64,000 nt of DNA from contig OZ024741.1 of NCBI GenBank assembly GCA_964016885.1, forward strand, positions 187,488,001 through 187,552,000. The letters are read 5' to 3'. The notes under the pieces are model-generated. The model was not told where the DNA came from, did no database searches, and saw only the letters and a program-made list of their open reading frames with translations. Source of the DNA: Eledone cirrhosa (lineage: Eukaryota). Positions 14,743 through 26,975 of this stretch are shown here, piece after piece (the first letter of the stretch is position 1; each line of letters starts with the position of its first letter). A program made the translations under genes and the position numbers.

Positions 14743-14750
<8 letters not shown>
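14554..14750. mobile_element. Fold-back element family P1 in (TA)n
   Basis: Arms ~14629-14750 centred at 14689/14690, with a ~75-bp left tail. An inverted copy is at 51031-51213. Confidence 0.85.
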
Positions 14751-14805
<55 letters not shown>

Positions 14806-14814
14806 TTATTGATT

Positions 14815-14850
<36 letters not shown>

Positions 14851-14966
14851 TGTTTCTTTATTAGCCATAGGGGCACAAAAGAAGGGGACAAATACAAAGT
14901 TTACATACAATAAAAACGTGTAAAATACTATCACAAATGCAATTTAAAAATTAATCGATTTTCCCC

Positions 14967-14968
<2 letters not shown>
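14851..14968 (-). mobile_element. Short 3' end of Tx1/L1-like element in (GATA)n
   Basis: Nearly identical to 20233-20358; flanked on both sides by (GATA)n. Confidence 0.85.
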
Positions 14969-15046
<78 letters not shown>

Positions 15047-15654
15047 AAAAGTGAGATAGAGAGAGACAGGGGAGCGAGCGGGAGATAGACATACATAAAT
15101 TTATATACGTGTATACATCCTATAAGAATACAAACTGTTGAGTGGGTTATCCCTAAGTACAAATGTAAACAAATATGAACAAAATTATATATATACATAC
15201 ACACATAATATGTACGTACGTGTGTGTGTGTATGTGTTTATTGTCACAATGCCATGTTTTCTGAGAAACTTCGTCGGTAAATATGTCACACAATATTCAC
15301 AGAGAAGTCAATAGTCCCTGGTGAAAATGTCCGCCAGGTGTCAGCAGAAGTATTATACATTAGTCTGCTGCCACCGCAGACAAAAAAAAAAATATTGTCC
15401 CTGACACTTGCCAACTTGAGACTACACATTGGACTGTGACTCAAAATAGCAGCCTAAAAATAATTTCAACTTTGACCCCAGAGCGGGGTGGGAGAAGGTA
15501 GATAAAGGTGCGATGAAAGAAAGGCTTTATTCTACTAAAACAGAGAACATCACGTCATGCAACGCTGCAAAATACTGATGCCATTGTCAATAGTACTGCT
15601 AAAACAATAGCGAAGCAGAAACCTCTCTAAAGAACTGCTGTTACTGCTACTGCT

Positions 15655-15761
15655 GGTGGTGATGGTGGTGGTAGTGATGGTAGTAGTAGCAGCAGTAGCA
15701 GCAATAGTAGTAGTAGTAGGAGTAGTAGTAGTAGTAATAGTAGTAGTAGCAGGAGCAGCAA

Positions 15762-15800
<39 letters not shown>

Positions 15801-15808
15801 CACCAGCA

Positions 15809-15844
<36 letters not shown>

Positions 15845-15955
15845 GTAGTAGTAGTAGCAGCAGCAGCAATAGTAGTAGTAGTAGTAGTAGTAGTAGTAAT
15901 AATAGTAGTAGTAGAGTATTAGTAGTAGTGGTGGTCGTCGTCGTCGTCGTCATGA

Positions 15956-15995
<40 letters not shown>

Positions 15996-16010
15996 CGTCG
16001 TCGTCTTGGT
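15655..16010. repeat. (GTA)/(GCA) compound trinucleotide microsatellite
   Basis: Directly visible. Confidence 0.95.
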
Positions 16011-16014
16011 GCTA

Positions 16015-16255
16015 ATAATTGTTTCTACATTTGGCACAAGGCCAGCAATTAACCATTCCAGCAATTACCCATTACATTACTGGTACTTTATTTTATCGAC
16101 CTCGTAAGGATGAAAGGCAAAGTTAACCTCGGCGGGATTTGAACTCAGACCGTAAAGGGACGTAACTATGCTAGAAAGCATGGCGTCCAACCCTCTACCG
16201 ATACTGCCAATTCACCAATAATGATATCTGAGTTCTGGGTCGAAGTTTCTTCGTA
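16015..16255 (-). mobile_element. SINE family A
   Basis: Reverse complement of the consensus. Confidence 0.9.
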
Positions 16256-16533
16256 TCACATGAATTCCAAATCTGACCCATCGAATGGATTATAGATATT
16301 CTCAGGCAGTAAATTTATGTCTTCACCAAATGTAATACCACTAACATCTAGTCGTTGGGTGCCTTTGATAGTATTTATTCTGTTGCCACCATTGGAGCCA
16401 GGTCTTTGATCCAAATAAATCTCGATTTCTACTTAACTTTTCTTCTATTTGACACAAACAGCTTTGAAAAGTTCATGGGAGAATCTCTTCTGCTTCTGAT
16501 AAAATAAATTAAATAAAGACAATATGTATATTC

Positions 16534-16581
<48 letters not shown>

Positions 16582-16844
16582 CTGTGAACAACAATTATAA
16601 TTGAGTGGCTACTATTTGCAGTATAGCAATATAAGGTTGCACTTACCAATGAAACGGTCGTAAATACCTGGATAAAATCCTTCTCTTAATGCTTACCTGT
16701 GTTTTCTCTTTTATACTTTATACTCCAAGATTGAGCGGAATTCTTACAAACTTGTGGAGTTACCCCTAACCGTACGTTGAAACCATCCATGAAACTGGCT
16801 TTCTTAACCAAAAACTGGATCACAATAAGCAATTTTTTGCTTCT

Positions 16845-16880
<36 letters not shown>

Positions 16881-16882
<2 letters not shown>

Positions 16883-17104
16883 CAAAGGAATTGTGGTAAG
16901 GAACCAGATGGACCATAACGCACCAGAGTACTCAATACTTAGGGTAACAGAGTGGGAAATAGGAAAAAGTATGACCCCGACGGCAGAGCTCAAGCCGTTT
17001 CGACGGTTTTTTCTGAGTCCAGAAATAGCCGTCGAAACAGCTTGAGCTCTGCCGTCAGGGTCATACTTTTTCCTATTTCCCACTCTACTACCCTAATACA
17101 TTTT

Positions 17105-17109
<5 letters not shown>
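16881..17109. mobile_element. Fold-back element family P2 in (TA)n
   Basis: Inverted arms centred near 17013 with a left tail. An inverted copy is at 41833-42028. Confidence 0.85.
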
Positions 17110-17172
<63 letters not shown>

Positions 17173-17200
17173 TGTATATATGTATATATGTATATATATA

Positions 17201-17550
<350 letters not shown>

Positions 17551-17739
17551 GAACACTGGAAGATAATATCCGTAGTGGTAGAGCACTCAGTCCATGGGAC
17601 AAGTTAGGTTGTCCTTCCTGTTCCGTATAACAATGTCCATTACGAGCTGAGGATCCGCTAAGGTGAAACAATTATTCTCGGTATGGTGAACTAACTGTTG
17701 TGTAACCACTTCTATATATATATATATATGTGTGTGTAT

Positions 17740-17812
<73 letters not shown>

Positions 17813-18015
17813 CGTGTGTGTGTGTGTGTGTTTTAAGTATTTCTGAAGAAAAAGCAAAGGAAAAAAAGAGTGCTCTATGTATAGAACAGAGGTATTTAAT
17901 TAGAAAGTGAACAACACAAAATATAACTACGTATGTTAATATTGTCTAACGTCCTGAAACCTTTGGTAATGGAGTAGTTATATATTGTGTTGTTCACTTT
18001 TTAATTAAATATATA

Positions 18016-18067
<52 letters not shown>

Positions 18068-18201
18068 TGCGTGTGTGTGGGGGGTGCGCGTGTGTGTGTG
18101 TGCGTGTGTGTGTGTGTGCGTGCGTGTGTGTGTGCGTGTGTGTGTGCGTGTGTGTGTGTGTGTGTGTGTACGTGTGTGTGTACGTGCGTGTGTGTGTGTG
18201 T

Positions 18202-18272
<71 letters not shown>

Positions 18273-18314
18273 TGTGTGTGTACGTGTGTGTGTGTGTGTG
18301 TGTGTGTGTGTTTA

Positions 18315-18670
18315 TATGCTTCAGAACGCTTCTATGCGTCCCGGACGCAGAGCACAAGACAAACAGCTTTCTCATGCAGCAAATCGAGAAATATGCTGAC
18401 AGGCAGGAACCACTCCTTGCGATGGTAAACAGACACAGGTTCGTCAGGTACGATCACGTATCGCGCCACCACACCCTACCCAAAGCCATTCTCCAGAACA
18501 TAGCTGAAAGAGGAAATCCTGGGCCGACAACATGTAGGACTGGGCAGGTCTCAATACTGCGATCCATCTGTGCATGACGGAAGACAGACATGAGTGGCGA
18601 CCGCAGGCTGCGAAAACGACTTGAGAGGCGCCCCATCGACTGGTTGCAACAGTTACGGGAATTTAATTAA
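18315..18670 (+). mobile_element. Degenerate RTE LINE C-terminal fragment
   Basis: CFRTLL...HKTN.F..QQI...A.RQEPLLAMV.R...HVSRH.TLPKAILQ. Confidence 0.7.
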
Positions 18671-18827
18671 TTGATATAAGTATAGCAGAGGTTCTCAAAG
18701 TGGGCGCTGCCAACACCCGGGGGTCGTTGAGAATGTCCGGGGGGGGGGGGGGGCTAAGATGGTGGCGGTGATGATATAATAGTATGATATAATAGTATAT
18801 TAAATGTCAAATGATACATATTATATG

Positions 18828-19965
18828 AGTATCGGTAGAGGGCCGGGCGCCATGCTTTGACGTATAGAGTTACGGCCCTTGCCATTCTGAGATCAAATCC
18901 CGTCGAGATTAACTTTGCCTTTCATCCTTATGGGGTCGATAAAATAAAGTACCAGTAATGCACTGGTTAATTGCTGGCCTTGTGCCAAAAGTAGAAACAA
19001 TTATATATGAATATAGTAATATTATATTATATTATATTATATTATATTATATTATATTATATTATATTATATTATATTATATTATATTATATTATATTAT
19101 ATTATATTATATTATATTATATTATATTATATTATATTATATTATATTATATTATATTATATTATATTATATTAGGGCGGTGGATTGGCAATATCGGTAG
19201 AGGGTCGGACGCCATGCTTTCCGGCATAGTTACGTCCCTTTACGATCTGAGTTCAAATCCCGCCGAGGTTGACTTTGCCTTTCATCCTTACGGGGTCGAT
19301 AAAATAAAGTACCAGTAATGCACTGGGTATTTGCTGGCCTTGTGCCTAAAGTAGAAACAATTATATTATATTATAATATTTGCTACTACCACCGAGATCT
19401 GCACCCGCGGTCGGCTTCACCCGGGCTCGCGCCCGCGGCAGCCGTGCACGCCGCGGCGCCCTCCTACTCGACCAGGCATTGAAGAAAGTTTCGTCGTGTC
19501 GCCTTTTTTCGCCTATCGCCTGGCCGGTCCGGCATCGGTCGCTCGCTCCAGCGCCATCCATTTTCGGGGTGGATTGGCATTATCGGTAGAGGGTCGGACG
19601 CCATGCTTTGACGCATAGAGTTACGGCCCTTGCCATTCTGAGTTCAAATCCCGCCGAGGTTAAACTTTGCCTTTCATCCTTACGGGGTCGATAAAATAAA
19701 GTACCAGTAATCTACTGGGTTTTGCTGTCCTTATGCCAAAAGTAGAAACAATTATATTATATTATACATTATTTACAATGGGTGGATTGGCAGTATCGGT
19801 AGAGGGTCGGACGCCATGCTTTCCAGCATAGTTACGTCCCTTTACGATCTGAGTTCAAATCCCGCCGAAGTTGACTTTGCCTTTCATCCTTACGGGGTCG
19901 ATAAAATAAAGTACCAGTAATGAACTGGGTATTTGCTGGCCTTGTGCCTAAAGTAGAAACTATTA
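18828..19965 (+). mobile_element. Cluster of four head-to-tail SINE family A copies with (ATTAT)n tails
   Basis: Copies at ~18828-19005, 19176-19365, 19569-19755 and 19781-19965; (TATTA)n at 19018-19174. Confidence 0.9.
19375..19568 (-). rRNA. 28S (LSU) rRNA fragment, non-functional retrocopy
   Basis: The reverse complement contains the conserved LSU segments GAAAATGGATGGCGCTGGAGCG, CGAGTAGGAGGG and GGTGCAGATCT(C)GGTGGTAGTAGCAAATATT. It forms a GC-rich island. Confidence 0.9.
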
Positions 19966-19989
19966 TTTACAATTTACATATTGATAATA

Positions 19990-20148
19990 ACACAAAAATA
20001 ATAACACAATCAGTATAGTATATATGGAAGGAATATATTAGGTTAACGCTTGAAATAACAGGAAGAGGGTCTTAACGTTTCGGACGCTAGTCCTTCATCA
20101 AATGAAAGAATGGGAAATTAGAGAGATCGAAGAGACGGGCGGGGTGGA

Positions 20149-20150
<2 letters not shown>
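19990..20150 (-). mobile_element. PLE terminal-repeat fragment (family H1) with minimal hammerhead at 20070-20106
   Basis: The reverse complement reads TTGATGA-aggactagcgtcc-GAAACGTT-aagac; homologous to 26740-26905. Confidence 0.7.
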
Positions 20151-20205
<55 letters not shown>

Positions 20206-20232
20206 ATAGATAGAAAGATAGATAGATAGATA

Positions 20233-21100
20233 TGTTTCTTTATTAGCCACAGGGGCACAAAAGAAGGGGACAAATACAAAGGGAAAAGTTTACATACAAT
20301 AAAAACGCGTAAAATACTATCACAAATGCAATTTAAAAATTAATCGATTTTCCCCAATAGGGGGAGACATTTCATATGGGTAACACATACCCCACAAAAA
20401 ATGTGCAACCCTCATCTCCAGGAGTACGAAGAGTGAGTACCCCTTTCCTCTCTTCCTCTTTTTGCTCAACCTATAGGCTGATATAGAGAGAAGGCCCATT
20501 CACTCGGGCCATTCTCGCCACTTTCACCCACCTTTCATAAAACTTGCTGGGGTACAGCACCTCTCTCTCCATCCTGATTCTTCTAAAGTGGTATTTGAAA
20601 AAAAGAATCAGTTGTTGGCCGGAGAGAAAGGTGTCTGACCTCACCCCTTTTAACCTCGTCCACCATACAACCTCTTTCGCCATAGCTATCACAAAAAGGA
20701 AAACCGCCTCTCCTTCGTTTTTGAAGGAGGGTGGCGGTTTGATCATGACAATGGACTCGGTGGTCAACCGGATTGGTCCCACCCGCGACAATAGTCGTTC
20801 TACATAGCCCCACAGGTCGGTAACGCCCGGGCAGTGTATGAATGCGTGCGCGACGGTTTCTTCGTCTCGCACGCATCTCGGACAGATCTTTTTCGAAGGG
20901 TCCCTGCTCGGGCGCCCATGTCTGTAGAGCTTGTCTCGAACTGGTAGAGCTCCTCGGTAGCACTGCCAGGCCAGGGACTTTTGGAAGTTGTCCATCAGTC
21001 CAGAGCGGAAGGTCCTACCGAACAGACTGGCCAGTTCGTCTTCCTCTACGCCTAGAGTTTCTCCAAGCGCGTAGTCGCACTTCCTGCGGATCAACCCTCT

Positions 21101-21101
<1 letters not shown>
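20233..21101 (-). mobile_element. Tx1/L1-clade LINE 3' fragment inserted in (GATA)n
   Basis: ORF end W..YRGALPVRDKL...CPRC..DEETVAHAFIHC (CCHC zinc knuckle, zf-RVT-like), stop at 20471, 3' UTR with AATAAA, and (GATA)n on both sides. Confidence 0.85.
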
Positions 21102-21134
<33 letters not shown>

Positions 21135-21199
21135 GTTCGTATTTTTCGTCTAATCGAGTTTCTATGCATGAGCATGGATCCAGCTATGGGTCGATTAAG

Positions 21200-21217
21200 G
21201 CTGTTGTGATAGTATAT

Positions 21218-21287
<70 letters not shown>

Positions 21288-22815
21288 GTATATATATATA
21301 TATGTGTGTATGTATGTGCACGTTTTTTATATGCAGGTTTCTGTATGCGTGTGTGTGTGCGTAGATATATAGATATGTATGTTGAAGTATGTGTCATCAT
21401 GTGTGTGTCCTTGTATGAATTTGAGATAGAATGTGTGTCGACCATGTATGTCGATGTGTGTGTGTGTGTGTTTATATATATATATATGTACATGTGTGAG
21501 TGTATGTGTATGTGGTGTATATATGTGTATATGCGTGGTATGCCTGTGTATGTGTATGTGGTGTATATATGTGCGTATGCGTATGCGTGTGTGTGTGTGT
21601 GTGTGTGTGCATATGTATTTGGTGTATATATGTGAGTATGCGTGGTGGTATGTGTGTATCTGTGCATGTGTATGTGGTGTATATATGTGTATATGCGTGG
21701 TATGCCTGTGTATGTGTATGTGGTGTATATATGTGTGTATGCGTATGCGAGTCTGTGTGTGTGTGTGTGTATATGTATGTGGTGTATATATGTGTGTATG
21801 CGTGGTATGCGTGTATCTGTGCATGTGTATGTGTTGTATATATGTGTGTATGTGTGGTATGCCTGTGTATGTGCTGTATATATGTGCGTATGATTGTGTG
21901 TGCATGTGTATGTGGTGTGTATATATGTGTGTGTATATGTGGTGCATATTTGTGTGTGTATGCGTGTGTGTGTATGTGTATGTGGTATGTATACGTGTGC
22001 ATGAGTGTGTATATGTGTATGTGATGTATATATATGTGTATGTGTGTGGATGTATATGTGTTTTACATATGTGTGTGTATACGTGTGTGTGTGTGTGTGT
22101 GTGCATGCGTATGTGCTATGTATATGCGTATATACGTATGTATGTGTGCATGTCCATGTGCATGTGTATGTGTATATATGATGCATGTATGTGTATGTGT
22201 ATGTGTGTATGTGTATGTGTATGTGTATATATGTGTGTATGTGTATGTGTATATATGTGTGTATGTGTATGTGTATATATGTGTGTATGTGTATGTGTAT
22301 ATATGTGTGTATGTGTATGTGTATATATGTGTGTATGTGTACATATGTGTGTATGTATGTGTGTATATATGTGTGTATGTGTATGTCTATGTGTATATAT
22401 GTGTGTGTATATATGTGTGTATGTGTATGTGTATATATGTGTGTATGCGTATGTGTATATATATGTGTGTGTGTGTATGTGTATGCGTATATATGTGGTA
22501 TGTGTATGTGTATATATGTGTGTGTGTGTGTACGTGTATGTATATATATATGTGTGTATGTGTATGTGTATATATGCGTGTATGTGTATGTGTATATATA
22601 TATATATGTGAATGTGTATGTGTATATATGTGTGTGAATGTGTATGGGTATATATATATATGTGAATGTGTATGTGTATATATATATATATGTGAATGTG
22701 TATGTGTATATATATGTGTGTATGTGTACGTGTATATATATATATGTGAATGTGTATGTGTATATATATATATGTGTGTGTGTGTGTGTATGTGTGTATG
22801 TGTGTATGTGTAGAC
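21200..22815. repeat. Compound TA/TG/TATG low-complexity satellite
   Basis: Directly visible. Confidence 0.9.
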
Positions 22816-23017
22816 AATGCATATTCTTCGATTACTAATAGAGAAAACATGTTGTGAAGAGACGTAAACAATGCTACGGAGACATTTTTCATTCCTGTAT
22901 CATCACCTCATCTTTCCCTCCTCCCTCTCCTCCTACTTCAACCTACCCTCCCTTTCCTTTCATACCCTACTTCCTCTCCCCTCCCCCTCTGACTATGTCA
23001 CTTTATCACTCTTTCCC

Positions 23018-23056
<39 letters not shown>

Positions 23057-23163
23057 TTAACTATATATCTTTCTTTCTTTTTCTATCTATCCATCCATCT
23101 ATATGTCAATGCATTTCCTCTCTGTCTGTCTTTCTGTCTATCTTACCTATGCACACAGACAGA

Positions 23164-23196
<33 letters not shown>

Positions 23197-23367
23197 GCAC
23201 ACACACTCACACACACACATACAAACACTCACACACACCTATACATACATACATACACACACACACATACACATACACAAACATGCAAGTTCACAAACAC
23301 ACATACACACATACACACAAAGTATATATATGTGTGTGTGTGTGCGTGTCTGTGTGTGTGTATGCGT

Positions 23368-23534
23368 GAGTCCCAGGTTCAGTCGAGGATAATCACAGTA
23401 AGTAAGGTACTCAAGACATTAGTAGAGTGTATACAATAAAAATTAATATAGAAATGGCTTCTACAGGACCAGAACTGTTTCATTCGAAGGAAACAGTTCT
23501 GGTCCTGTAGAAGCCATTTCTATATTAATTTTTG

Positions 23535-23535
<1 letters not shown>
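23368..23535. mobile_element. Fold-back element family P3
   Basis: Arms 23438-23533 around GTTTC-attcgaag-GAAAC with a left tail. Homologous to 45464-45672 and 32225-32308. Confidence 0.8.
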
Positions 23536-23620
<85 letters not shown>

Positions 23621-23720
23621 AGAGATGAAAGAAGAATACTGCGTGGATGCACATGGGTTAAAATATGATAAAATTAGTCCTTCGTCAGTGATTTGCCAAC
23701 CATCATTGATATTTCATCGC

Positions 23721-23756
<36 letters not shown>

Positions 23757-23859
23757 AAAAAACAACCTCACTTTCTAATATATATATATATATATATTAG
23801 AAAGTGAAGATTTTTTTACAAAATGAAAAATAACCGAGGTGTCCTACACGAGTGAAAGT

Positions 23860-24485
23860 ATAAATAAAAAAAGATGAAATCGAAAATGCAACTGGAGTCT
23901 TATTTTTAAAAAAATATATATATTTATTGAGGATGGCTCTGAACATTAATCAGTATACACTGAGGATGAAAAACTCAGAGCTGTATGGGAGCATCCCAAA
24001 AGTCAGCTCAAAAGTGACACAGAGGAGACTGAGGTTGGCTGGACATGCTCACCGACATCCAGAGTTGACATTGCACTCAGTGCTCCTTTGGGAGCCCCTA
24101 CATGGACACACTAGAAGTGGAAGACCAAGGTTAACATATGTTGATGCCCTAAGGACAGACACTGGTCTGTTGGAGATGCAGGATATGGCAGCGATAATGA
24201 GGGACAGAGACCGCTGGAGAGAACTCGTCCATGGATCTCGGGAATTTTACCCGCCTTAGATAGATAGATATATTTATTTTGTTCCTTTACCGGTTTTGCA
24301 GTTCTTCTGCTTTTCAAAAGTAGATTTGACATGGAGGGTCTGTGGTTTATCTCACAGTTCCTCCATGTCAAATCGACTTTTGAAAAGCAGAAGAACTGCA
24401 AAACCGGTAAAGGAACCAAATAAATATATATATTTTTTTTAAAATAAGACTCCACTTGCATTTTCGATTTCATCTTTTTTTATAT
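23860..24485. repeat. Fold-back element whose left arm is interrupted by an RTE insertion
   Basis: 23865-23925 plus 24270-24337 is the reverse complement of 24361-24482. Confidence 0.8.
23927..24262 (+). mobile_element. RTE-clade LINE 3' fragment
   Basis: RMALNI...RRLRLAGHAHRH...LLWEP.HG...GRPRLTYVD.L..DTG, a (TAGA)n tail and a probable TSD ATATATTTATT. Confidence 0.85.
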
Positions 24486-24511
24486 ACATATATATATATA
24501 TCTATATATAT

Positions 24512-24695
24512 CAGAGGGACGAGGCTGCGTGGTTACTGATAACGAGTGTTAGAAAGTTAAGGGAACACAAACAAGAGATAGACATTTCCCCTTCATCAGT
24601 TGTCACAGATGTTTCAGCGCATGTTGAAACATCCGTGACCCGTAGTAGACAACTGATGAAGGGGAAATGTCTATCCCTTGTTTGTGTTCCTTTAA

Positions 24696-24700
<5 letters not shown>
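24512..24700. repeat. Fold-back element in (TA)n with CTGATGA and GAAAC motifs
   Basis: Arms GTTAAGGGAACACAAACAAG... / ...CTTGTTTGTGTTCCTTTAAC, centred near 24620. Confidence 0.8.
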
Positions 24701-24742
<42 letters not shown>

Positions 24743-24769
24743 CTTGGAGCTCTCTTCCCACACACTTTT

Positions 24770-24805
24770 CACCTGAAGAAGGGCTTATGCCCGAAACGTC
24801 GTTCC
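24770..24805 (+). ncRNA. Minimal type-I hammerhead motif
   Basis: CTGAAGA-a-gggcttatgccc-GAAACGTC. Confidence 0.6.
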
Positions 24806-24888
24806 CCACCACCACCCCACTCTCAAGAGCGTGAAACTAATAAACCTTTGTTCGTACTGCCTCTCTGTTTTGTTCCCGTTCAATTTTT

Positions 24889-24949
<61 letters not shown>

Positions 24950-25061
24950 TAAGAGGAATTCCAACTTTGTCTGATTTACTCGTTTAATTTACAATCCTTT
25001 AAAATTTATAATGGTATTATAATGAAATAGTATGATAGAATATTAAATTCTAAGTGTTAAT

Positions 25062-25100
25062 TGAACAAGTACTTTCATGCTTTCGCAATCTTCAGGTTCA
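25062..25100 (-). ncRNA. Minimal type-I hammerhead ribozyme (mirror copy)
   Basis: Reverse complement of 25174-25212. Confidence 0.8.
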
Positions 25101-25173
25101 TAATATGTGGTGACAGTCAAGTTTGCAATTTTCAACTGTTGAAAATTGCAAACTTGACTGTCACCACATATTA

Positions 25174-25212
25174 TGAACCTGAAGATTGCGAAAGCATGAA
25201 AGTACTTGTTCA
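25174..25212 (+). ncRNA. Minimal type-I hammerhead ribozyme
   Basis: TGAAC-CTGAAGA-t-TGC gaaa GCA-t-GAAA-GTAC-TT-GTTCA: 5-bp stem I, palindromic stem III AGTACT. Confidence 0.8.
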
Positions 25213-25370
25213 ATTAACACTTAGAATTTAATATTCTATCATACTATTTCATTATAATACCATTATAAATTTTAAAGGATTGTAAATTAAACGAGTAAAT
25301 CAGACAAAGTTGGAATTCCTCTTATTAATATAATCTTCTATACACAATCATACACACCCGTGTATATTTA

Positions 25371-25420
<50 letters not shown>

Positions 25421-25639
25421 GACGATGGTGGACTCAAGAAGCATTAAGAAAATTTTATATTTGAAGTGTGCGCCCCAACGCAAATGACCATATGATTAAT
25501 ATTTGAGAAAATCAGGAGTTCTCTCGGAGACAAAAAATGAAACAGAGGCGCTTACGAGGTATCAAACCTTGCATCCGTGAGATTTTCTCAACTATTATTT
25601 ATAGGGATCGACCCTCATTATCATTATCATTATTATTAT

Positions 25640-26070
25640 TGGATTAGTAGAGCGTCGGACAACATGCTTTATAACATAGTTACGACCCTTTACATTCAAA
25701 TCCCACCGTAAGTTTTGGCTTTCATCCTTACAGAGTCGATAAAATAAAGTACCAGTAATCCACTGGCGTCGATTAAATCGACTTTCCCCTCCTCCAAAAT
25801 TGCTGGCCTTGTGCCTAAAGTAGAAATCATTATTCTTATTATTATAGGGCAGTGGATTGGAAGTATCGGTAGAGGGTCGGACGCCGTGCTTTGCAGCATT
25901 GAGTTACAGCTCTTTATGATCTGAGTTCAAATCCCACCGAGGCTAGCTTTGCCTTTCATCCTTAATGGGTCGATAAAATAAAGTATCAATCACGCACTGG
26001 GGTCGATTTAATCGACTTTCCTCCCTCCTCAAAATTGCTGGCCTTGTGCTTAAATCAGAAAGCATTATAA
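25640..26070 (+). mobile_element. Two SINE family A copies (long variant)
   Basis: Core plus the GTCGATT(T/A)AATCGAC hairpin segment. Confidence 0.85.
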
Positions 26071-26147
26071 CTATAAGTATCATGTCGTGTTGGGACATAC
26101 ACATTTCAAATTTTTAATTTTGTTCTAAAGCTTCTTAAATCAACTGT

Positions 26148-26430
26148 GGAGGCACGTGGCCTAGTGGTAAGGGTGTTGGACTTACGATCATAATATCGTG
26201 GGTTCGATTCCTGGGTTGCAGGTTGTGTTCTTGAGCAAAACATCATTTCACGTTGCTCCAGTATACTCAGCTGAAAATGAGTACCAGCAATAGCTGGGCG
26301 TTTAACCCTGCGATGACTGGCGTCCTATCCAGGGGGGAGTCTTGTACTCTCAGTCGCTTCACGCCATGACAGCGGGATAAGCACCGGCCAAATGAGCATT
26401 CTGGCTTAAGACAGACTTTAGACTTAGACT
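26148..26430 (+). mobile_element. tRNA-derived SINE family B
   Basis: TGGCCTAGTGGT A-box, GGTTCGATTCC B-box, central AACCCTGCGATG...ATCCAGGGG segment and an AGACTT-repeat tail. Confidence 0.8.
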
Positions 26431-26739
26431 TTACACTTCCAGCTTGAGGCTTAAAATCTTCTAAGTGGCCAGTGACTCTTTAGCTTACTGGTAATGCACT
26501 CGCTTGGAATCAGTAAGATGTTGCGTTTGATTCCTGGCTGGTACCTCGGTCCCCCGTTATCTGCCCCCATGATTACTTTACTTGATTGTTTAAAGTATTA
26601 TTTATAGTTATCACCTATTATTGTTATGATCATTGGGTCACACATTTCTAATATATATATTATGTTAACAGTTTGACTTATTTCTGTATTACGAGAGATT
26701 TCGTAGACGAAACATGCCTAACTCCTTCGTATACCTTGA

Positions 26740-26908
26740 AATTCCACCCCACCCGTCCCTTCAATCTTTCTAATTTATCATTCTTTCTTCTGGTGAAGGA
26801 CTAGCGTCCGAAACGTTATGACCCTCTTTCTGCTATTTCAAGCGTTAACCTAATATATTCCTTCCATATACTGTACCGATTGTGTTGTTATTTCTGATTA
26901 CCTTTTAC

Positions 26909-26975
<67 letters not shown>

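Larger units (their letters stand above)
24942..25370. mobile_element. Perfect 195-bp-arm palindrome with right tail
   Basis: 24942-25136 is the reverse complement of 25138-25332, with a single central T at 25137. Confidence 0.95.

Noticed and set aside
19375-19568. Functional rRNA gene or GC-rich ORF
   Set aside because: An isolated ~195-bp fragment of 28S without the rest of the rDNA unit.
18828-19965. CRISPR-like or tRNA gene array
   Set aside because: Units are ~185-bp SINEs with A/B boxes but no cloverleaf, no spacer structure and no cas genes.
20471-22822. 783-aa ORF
   Set aside because: Only the last ~210 codons are LINE-derived; the rest is read-through of microsatellite.
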